From Gemmatimonadota bacterium (lineage in GTDB: Bacteria > Gemmatimonadota > Gemmatimonadetes > Gemmatimonadales > GWC2-71-9), in NCBI GenBank assembly GCA_039588295.1, contig JBDHAB010000006.1, positions 161,347-225,346 of the forward strand: DNA of 64,000 nucleotides. Direction: 5' to 3'. The stretch's first letter is position 1. Each line of letters starts with the position of its first letter. The position numbers and the translations under genes are program-made. The notes beneath the pieces were generated by a model. The model searched no databases. It saw only the letters and a program-made list of their open reading frames with translations, and was not told the DNA's origin. Below, in pieces: positions 58,286 through 64,000 of the stretch.

Positions 58286-58537
58286 ATGCGTATCAAGGTG
58301 TTCGGACCCGGCTGTGCGAACTGCAAGCGTCTCGAGCAACACACGATGCAGGCCTTGGCGGAGCTGCAGCAGACGGCGGAGGTGAGGAAAGTGGAAGCCA
58401 TCTCCGAGATTGCCGAAGCGGGGGTCATGCGCACCCCGGCGCTCGAAGTGAATGACAAGATCCTGTTCCAGGGCCGAGTGCCTGAGGTGCGCGAGTTGGT
58501 CAGCATGCTGGCGACGGTGTTGGCCGAGTCGTCGTAG
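58286..58537 (+). CDS. Small redox-active disulfide protein (thioredoxin-like, MTH895 type)
   Basis: MRIKVFGPGCANC...GVMRTPAL..GRVP; RBS AGGAG. The ORF-track start at 57509 is spurious. Confidence 0.9.
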   Translation: MRIKVFGPGCANCKRLEQHTMQALAELQQTAEVRKVEAISEIAEAGVMRTPALEVNDKILFQGRVPEVRELVSMLATVLAESS

Positions 58538-58818
58538 CGGCGTCGTTTTCGGCGGGGTAGCTTGGCGAGTTTCGTGTTTTCTCATGGACAAGGTCGCCGA
58601 CTTCTGGCGCGAGCGGTTTTCGGGGAACTAGGGGCTAGCCCGCGGCCGCGACGACGCACTCGCGGGCGCTGCTTCCGCGGAGCCTCACGCTGGAGATGTT
58701 TTATTGTGCAGGCAACCAGTGGTTGACCGATTCCCGCTCCGGCAGCGCATATGACCAACGACTCTGGTGGCCGCAGCGAGTCCGACCAAGACTGTTCGGC
58801 TCATTCGCCGGGGTGTTC

Positions 58819-60075
58819 ATGCCGATGATCTTTCGTCTGCAGCCAGCACGAGCAACTGTGTTGGGTGCGGTGCTCGTAGCCGTCCTTGTGCCCGCGTGCG
58901 GCGAAACTGCGGGCACCGACGACCATCCGATACCCACCGCGACGGCACTCTCCCCCACCAGCATCACCGCGGGCACGAGCGAGGTGGACCTGGTGGTCAC
59001 GGGATCGGGCTTCGTGCCCGCCTCGCGCGTGCAGCTCGACGGCATCGACCACGCCACGCTGTTCGTGGCCGACACCCGGCTCCGCGCACCGCTGGTGGCC
59101 AGCGAACTACTGCAACCCAGGACCGCCGAGATCACGGTGTTCAACCCTGCGCCGGGCGGCGGCACGTCCGCAGCGCTGTCGTTCACCATTGAGGCCGCGC
59201 TTCCGCCGGGCACAACGCTGGAGCTACTGGCGCTCGGTGGCACGCCCCACGGTGTCGCCGTGGCACCCGACGGCACGATCTGCGTTTCCCAGATCACGAG
59301 CAATTCCATCACCTGCGGTACCGTGACGCCGACCGGCCAGGCGTGGGCGCGCACGATCCCGGTGGGCAACGTGCCCGCCCACGTGGCCCTCAACCCGGCG
59401 GGCACCCGCGCGTATACGGCCAACCAGGAATCCTCGAGCGTGTCCGTGGTCGACGTCGCAGCCGGCACCGTCACGGCGACGATCCCGCTCAGCGACGGCG
59501 GGTTCAACCTGCTCGTCTCGCCCGACGGCTCCCGGCTCTACGTGACCACCGCGTCTGGGACGCTCCACGTGATCGACACCGGCACTAACCAGGTAGTGAC
59601 CACCTTTGCCGTGGGGCCGGCTGCCAACGGTCTTGCGTTCGATTCGACGGCTGGGGTGCTGTACGTGAGTGCGCGGGATGCGAACACTGTTACCGCCATC
59701 GACGCGGCCGCCGACACGGTGACGCGGGTCTACAGTGTAAGCGGTATGCCGCAACGGCTTGCTCTGGCGCCAGCGGGCGGGACGCTATACGTGGCCAACG
59801 AGGTGGCGGGGCTCGACGAACTGGATCTCGTGTCGGGGTCCCGGCTCTCGTTGGCGGCGGTCCCGCCAAGGGCGGTTGGGGTGGCGATCACCCCGGACGG
59901 CGCGCGGCTCTTCGTGACGAACCCGCCAGGAGGCCTCCTGTACGCGGTAGACGCGGCGTCACGGAGCCGACTGTATCAAGTGGCGATGGGCCGACCGCGG
60001 AACGTGGCCTTCACCCGCGACGGCACCACGGCGATCGTCACCGACGAGGCTGGGTCGGTAGCGTTCATTCGCTGA
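58819..60075 (+). CDS. Lipoprotein with IPT/TIG domain and YVTN beta-propeller repeats
   Basis: Lipobox VPA-C; VTGSGF...NPAPGGGTS (TIG); repeats AYTAN, LYVT, LYVAN, LFVTN. Confidence 0.85.
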   Translation: MPMIFRLQPARATVLGAVLVAVLVPACGETAGTDDHPIPTATALSPTSITAGTSEVDLVVTGSGFVPASRVQLDGIDHATLFVADTRLRAPLVASELLQPRTAEITVFNPAPGGGTSAALSFTIEAALPPGTTLELLALGGTPHGVAVAPDGTICVSQITSNSITCGTVTPTGQAWARTIPVGNVPAHVALNPAGTRAYTANQESSSVSVVDVAAGTVTATIPLSDGGFNLLVSPDGSRLYVTTASGTLHVIDTGTNQVVTTFAVGPAANGLAFDSTAGVLYVSARDANTVTAIDAAADTVTRVYSVSGMPQRLALAPAGGTLYVANEVAGLDELDLVSGSRLSLAAVPPRAVGVAITPDGARLFVTNPPGGLLYAVDAASRSRLYQVAMGRPRNVAFTRDGTTAIVTDEAGSVAFIR

Positions 60076-60174
60076 GCAGGTCCGCACGATAAGGAGTGGC
60101 TCGCGCTTCCGCCCGAGCCGCGGAATGTTGAACCGGTCGGTCTTGGCGCGTTTGCCAACTCGCGGCCGCGATAC

Positions 60175-60285
60175 GCTCTCGCGCCGCGCCGCTTCCCACC
60201 CCACCATCGCCTTCTTGCGCGCCGTTCCCCAGCGGTAGCTGCCGAACGCGCCGGAGCCGCGGATCACGCGGTGACACGGGATCAG
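60175..60285 (-). pseudogene. C-terminal fragment of O6-methylguanine-DNA methyltransferase (Ada/Ogt)
   Basis: LIPCHRVIRGSGAFGSYRWGTARKKAMVGWE contains the PCHR active site; an in-frame TGA lies two codons upstream and the N-terminus is absent. Confidence 0.8.
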
Positions 60286-60621
60286 CGATCAGCGCCCTCA
60301 GCACGATCCAAGCCCTGCCGAACGCTTCATGGCGTTTCCCCCAAAAGTCGTCAAGCCGATCTGGCCCGCGTCCCTTCGAACAGGCGTCGACCGATTGCCC
60401 TGGTCCCGCCGGGCCCGAGCTGAGCTTGCGCGCCACGGGCCGACCGAGGGGCATGAAGCGTACGCAGCGTGCCGCAGCCGCGCCGACGACGGGAGTCACC
60501 TAAGTCGTTGTAAGAATAAACTTCATGATGCTTGCCAATGGACGGAGAGCCGGCGAGAATGGGCTTGGTGTTCCGGTTTCGTAACGGACGGGGTAACGAG
60601 TCAGACGACGGTGACCGCTGA

Positions 60622-60732
60622 GACGGCGATGGCATTCACATCGACTGGTCCCCGGAAGGGGAGAAGATCGTCTTCAGCGCGTCCATGGGTGGCGAAGCCG
60701 AGTTCTGGCTGATCAGCAACTTCCTGCCGTGA
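60622..60732 (+). pseudogene. C-terminal fragment of a PD40/TolB-like beta-propeller protein
   Basis: DGDGIHIDWSPEGEKIVFSASMGGEAEFWLISNFLP* (WSPxG motif), preceded directly by an in-frame stop. Confidence 0.65.
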
Positions 60733-60802
60733 CGGACCGCATCCACGGATGAGAAGGGCCCCGTTTTGGCAGTATGAGGTGCGAGGTCCTTCCGTGTTTT
60801 GG

Positions 60803-60902
60803 GTGTCGCGGGCTAATGAGCCCGCGCTCGGCGGCGTGGTGAGAGAGGTGCGTCCTTAAGGACGCCGTTCTTGGCCGAGCCCGGCCTCTCAGCTCGGGAT
60901 AC
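60803..60902. repeat. Degenerate ~100-bp inverted-repeat element (REPIN/MITE-like)
   Basis: About 30-bp imperfect terminal inverted repeats, a perfect internal hairpin in the left arm and a central perfect palindrome GCGTCCTTAAGGACGC. Confidence 0.5.
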
Positions 60903-61017
60903 GCCCACGCACTATCCCGCCACTCCATGCGTTGATTTGATGCCGTTGATTACCGGGAATGGCGGTATCGTGGGGCGTGGTTCATCCTTGCGTACCCAAA
61001 TCCGCCGAGGCGACATT

Positions 61018-61566
61018 ATGGGCATGGCCGCCCCTTTGTACTACTCCGCCGAGATGGTCCGCGCACTCCCCGACGACGGCAACCGGTACGAGACGGTTCA
61101 TGGTGAGCTGCTCGTGACCCCCGCGCCGAGGGTTTGGCACCAGGAAATTGCTCGCCGGATACTAGGGAGGCTGGACAGGTACCTGGAGGAGCACCCGGTC
61201 GGGTGCCTGTACTACTCGCCGGCTGACATTTCCTGGGGACCGGATATCCTGGTCCAACCGGACCTGTTCGTGGTTGACCTCGAGCAGGCGCGCTCCATGG
61301 ACTGGTCGAAGATGCAGAACTTGCTGCTCACAATCGAAGTGCTGAGTCCGACAACGGCGCGCTACGACCGCTACACGAAGCGGCATCTTTACCAGGAGGT
61401 TGGCATTCCGTTGTACTGGATCGTCGACGCCGACGAGAAATTGGTGGAAGTGTGGACTCCTGAGAGTCAGTTTCCCGCGGTGGAACGCGGTCGCGTGAGG
61501 TGGAAACCCGAGGGAGTGAAGGAAGAGTTCGTGTTGAATCTCGAGGAGTTGTTCAGGCCGATTTGA
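61018..61566 (+). CDS. Uma2-family (PD-(D/E)XK) endonuclease-like protein
   Basis: RYETVHGEL..PAP..HQ, QPDL, IEVLSP, KRHLY..GIPLYWIVD. Confidence 0.92.
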   Translation: MGMAAPLYYSAEMVRALPDDGNRYETVHGELLVTPAPRVWHQEIARRILGRLDRYLEEHPVGCLYYSPADISWGPDILVQPDLFVVDLEQARSMDWSKMQNLLLTIEVLSPTTARYDRYTKRHLYQEVGIPLYWIVDADEKLVEVWTPESQFPAVERGRVRWKPEGVKEEFVLNLEELFRPI

Positions 61567-61682
61567 GGGTGGGCACCGCCTCGAGATTCAAGGTCTACTT
61601 GATGCCCCCCATGACATTTGCGTGATAACTACACCGGCCCGCACCTTTAGACTGTAATCCATATAAAAGCTCTGGCTGAGCC

Positions 61683-62303
61683 ATGGCTTCATCCGGGCAT
61701 CGACGGCAGGTCCTGCTTTTTCTCGTTGCCATCATCCTTCCATGCGTGGTGCTGGTGGTGCTGGGACTGCGTATGGTGGCGCAGGAGCGGGAGCTCAGTG
61801 AGAACCGCCGGGCCGATGAGAGCCGCCGCGTCGCGAACCAGATCAGGCAGGATCTCTCCTCGCGCCTCGAACGCATCGCGCTGCAGGAAGCCACCGCTGC
61901 CATTTCGAACCCAGACAAGCTGACGTCGACGCAGTACGGCGATCCATCGGTGGCGTTAGTGGGCCAAGCGACGAACGGGCGGTTGGTGCTGCCCTGGGAG
62001 CACGACGCGCGGCGCGATCGGTTTCAGGGACTGCTAGCCGACGGAGAGTTTTCGCGACTCATCCAAAATGCGGAGCGCGAGGAGTTGGTTGCAGGGAACG
62101 CCGACCGCGCAGTCGATCTCTACGGTGAGGCGCTCACCGCTGCCCGCGATCCGGCGCGAGCCACCTACGCGCGGCTGCTTCGCGCGCGTGCGCTCGGCAC
62201 CGCCGGAAGGCGAGAGGCGTCACACCGCGACTGTCCCCGAGTGCTCGCCGCCGATCTCGACATCGTCGACGTGACCCCATGGAACCCCGCAGCGTCTGGC
62301 TGA
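61683..62303 (+). pseudogene. Truncated N-terminal sensor region of a probable histidine kinase
   Basis: One TM helix (LLFLVAIILPCVVLVVLGL), QERE coiled coil and TPR-like helices; ends abruptly inside a hairpin element with no second TM or kinase domain. Confidence 0.55.
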
Positions 62304-62315
62304 GCTACGGGGTTC
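62282..62315 (+). repeat. Hairpin repeat copy 1 (terminator-like)
   Basis: GAACCCCGCAGC-GTCTGGCTGA-GCTACGGGGTTC then TCTTCCTT; related to the copy at 63327. Confidence 0.6.
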
Positions 62316-62474
62316 TCTTCCTTCATATGTCGGTCGACGGCCGCCATCGCATGTCCCTTCTACGATAAAGTTTGTCGTGTTTGGTCTCCTACGAACCTGG
62401 CCGCATCGGATCACGAGTCTTATTGTAGGGAACGACGGACTATCGTGACTTTGGCACCAGGTGGGGGGGGACAC

Positions 62475-63263
62475 ATGAAGATCACACATGCGATCGCACT
62501 TTCGACCTGCACGGCGTTCTGGCTGATCAACTGCGACGGGACGACCGGCCCAGGGGCAATTGACTTCGATTGGAGCGGGGTCGTTGCTCCGGGGGATGTG
62601 ATCGAGATCAAGGGCTACAACGGCGACATCAACGCGTCGTTGGCGACAGGCAATGAGGTCGTGGTGACAGCGCGGAAGGAAGGGGGTCAGAGCGATCCGG
62701 CCACCGTGGACATCGAGGTGGTGACCCACGCCGGCGGGGTGACGATTTGCGCGGTCTATCCCGACGTGCCCGGGCAACCTGCGAACGTGTGTGCCCCCGG
62801 CGACCAAAGCCGGTTGAACAACCAAAACAACGATGTCGAGGTCACGTTTACGGTCGCCGTGCCGGCCGACGTCAATTTTGACGGTTTGACGGTGAACGGT
62901 TCCGTTACGGGCACGAACCTCGAGAGCGATGCCTCGGCCCTCGTGGTCAACGGCGGTGTGACCATCACGACGACGGAACTCGCCGAGGCAATCGTCGTGA
63001 ACGGCAATATCGTCGTGACCATGGGTGAGGGGAATCTGGATCGAGACCTGGAATTCGTCACGGTCAACGGGAACGTGAGCGTCGAAGTCCCGGCAAACAC
63101 GAACGCCGTCGTCGCGCTCACCGCAGCCAACGGGAACGCCTCGTCCGATTTCTCCCTGACGCGCATCAACGCGGGGAGCATGCAGGGAACGCTTGGCAGC
63201 GGTGGGTTCGATTTGACATTGGTGACGGTGAACGGGAACGTGACGTTGCTGCAGGGGCCGTGA
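62475..63263 (+). CDS. DUF4097/adhesin-like beta-strand repeat protein, probable lipoprotein
   Basis: Repeated TVNG/VVNG motifs; signal peptide ending LIN-C; RBS GGGG. Confidence 0.82.
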   Translation: MKITHAIALSTCTAFWLINCDGTTGPGAIDFDWSGVVAPGDVIEIKGYNGDINASLATGNEVVVTARKEGGQSDPATVDIEVVTHAGGVTICAVYPDVPGQPANVCAPGDQSRLNNQNNDVEVTFTVAVPADVNFDGLTVNGSVTGTNLESDASALVVNGGVTITTTELAEAIVVNGNIVVTMGEGNLDRDLEFVTVNGNVSVEVPANTNAVVALTAANGNASSDFSLTRINAGSMQGTLGSGGFDLTLVTVNGNVTLLQGP

Positions 63264-63326
63264 CGGGGTTGGTGGTGAGTGCACGGTGCGTGACGAGTAG
63301 TTAGCAGTGCGCAGGCGATTGTTTTT

Positions 63327-63364
63327 GCCCCGTGGCGTCTGGGTGAGCCGCGGGGCTTTCTCTT
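63327..63364 (+). terminator. Hairpin repeat copy 2, intrinsic terminator-like
   Basis: GCCCCGTGGC-GTCTGGGTGA-GCCGCGGGGC followed by TTTCTCTT. Confidence 0.65.
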
Positions 63365-63476
63365 GTTGGTGGTCCGTGCCGCGCTCGTTGGGCCATACCG
63401 TCGCCCGGGAACGTCCCTCACCTAACGAGGTACGTTTGTGCATGGGTTCTCGTGCGATGTGTTGGGGTGGCGGCCG

Positions 63477-64000
63477 GTGACACCGTTTCGGCCCTTGTTT
63501 CCACTCTTGGCGCTCTTGCTGGTGATGGCGGCCGGCACGGCACGCGCGCAGGAGACGCGGACCGTTACCGGGACCGTGCTCGCCCGTCGGGACAGCAGCG
63601 CTATCAGCGGGGCGGTGGTCCAGGTGCCCTCTCAGGGGCTGATGGTCGTCGCCGACACCGCCGGGGCGTTCGTTCTCCCCCAAATGCCGCGGGTTCGCGT
63701 TTGGATCACATTCGACCGCATTGGCGTGGCGCCTGACTCGGTGTGGCTGGATCCCGACCAAGACGTCCTCACGGTGTTCCTCCAACTTGCTCCGATTCGG
63801 CTCCCGGCAATCACCGCCGAGGTCGAACCCGGGGCACGCCTTCGCTTCCGCCAGCAGGTACAGCCCAGCATCGTGACGATCGATCGCTCCACCATCAGAC
63901 GCCTTCCGGCGCCGATCGAAGCGGATGTCATCCGCGTGGTGCAGATGCTGCCCGGCACGGTGGCGCTCAACGACTACACGGTGGGCTTCAACGTGCGTGG
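63477..64000 (+). CDS. TonB-dependent receptor, N-terminal part (runs off window)
   Basis: Signal peptide ending ARA-Q; CarboxypepD_reg-like TVTGTV..GAVV..DTAGAF; plug start LPAPIEADVIRVVQMLPG...FNVR. Not in the ORF track because it has no stop in the window. Confidence 0.82.
   Translation, partial: MTPFRPLFPLLALLLVMAAGTARAQETRTVTGTVLARRDSSAISGAVVQVPSQGLMVVADTAGAFVLPQMPRVRVWITFDRIGVAPDSVWLDPDQDVLTVFLQLAPIRLPAITAEVEPGARLRFRQQVQPSIVTIDRSTIRRLPAPIEADVIRVVQMLPGTVALNDYTVGFNVR

Noticed and set aside
58560..58725. Short peptide-like stretch (MDKVADFWRERFSGN*) and palindrome CAACCA-G-TGGTTG
   Set aside because: Too short to assign; could be chance, a remnant or an operator, with no supporting context.
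63264..63476. Cobalamin riboswitch upstream of the TonB-dependent receptor
   Set aside because: No B12-box or GGGAA...GCCACTG core elements are recognisable. The same holds upstream of the receptor at 21398.
1..64000. CRISPR array, tRNA/rRNA, IS transposase, retron/DGR or prophage genes
   Set aside because: No regularly spaced repeats, cloverleaf or rRNA signatures, or DDE/HUH/RT/phage protein motifs were seen by eye. A small RNA gene could still have been missed without a covariance search.

Overview
High-GC, gene-dense bacterial chromosomal window, most consistent with Gemmatimonadota (inference from four paralogous Hanks-type Ser/Thr kinases with the 'RL..AL..RY..ERE.GRGGMATV' start, CarboxypepD_reg/TonB-dependent receptors, M14 peptidase and Tat sulfatase). 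Contents: a DUF4159-MoxR-DUF58-BatA/vWA-DUF4175 operon; four kinases; csp-rpsU-radical SAM; ppc; an Ntn acylase; a TonB-dependent receptor with an unusual helical C-terminal tail; a sulfatase/anSME divergon; a TetR-MMPL-LolA-like-outer membrane protein operon; an operon pairing two Rieske-fused enzymes (TPP oxidase-like and FMN glutamate-synthase-like) with DUF5996 and a Na+/solute symporter; an atypical LysA-like PLP enzyme; GntR-SPFH; a divergent Cys-rich metal(loid) locus (RHH regulator plus MerC-like protein versus ArsR-DUF318 permease-thioredoxin); and a decayed region at 60-62.3 kb with gene fragments and structured repeats. I saw no rRNA, tRNA, CRISPR array, transposase, integrase or reverse transcriptase. 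Family calls come from motif recognition by eye, not database searches. The best candidates for an undescribed system are the double-Rieske operon (34.4-40.7 kb), the RHH/MerC-like module (55.5-56.4 kb) and a covarying hairpin repeat at 62.3/63.3 kb.
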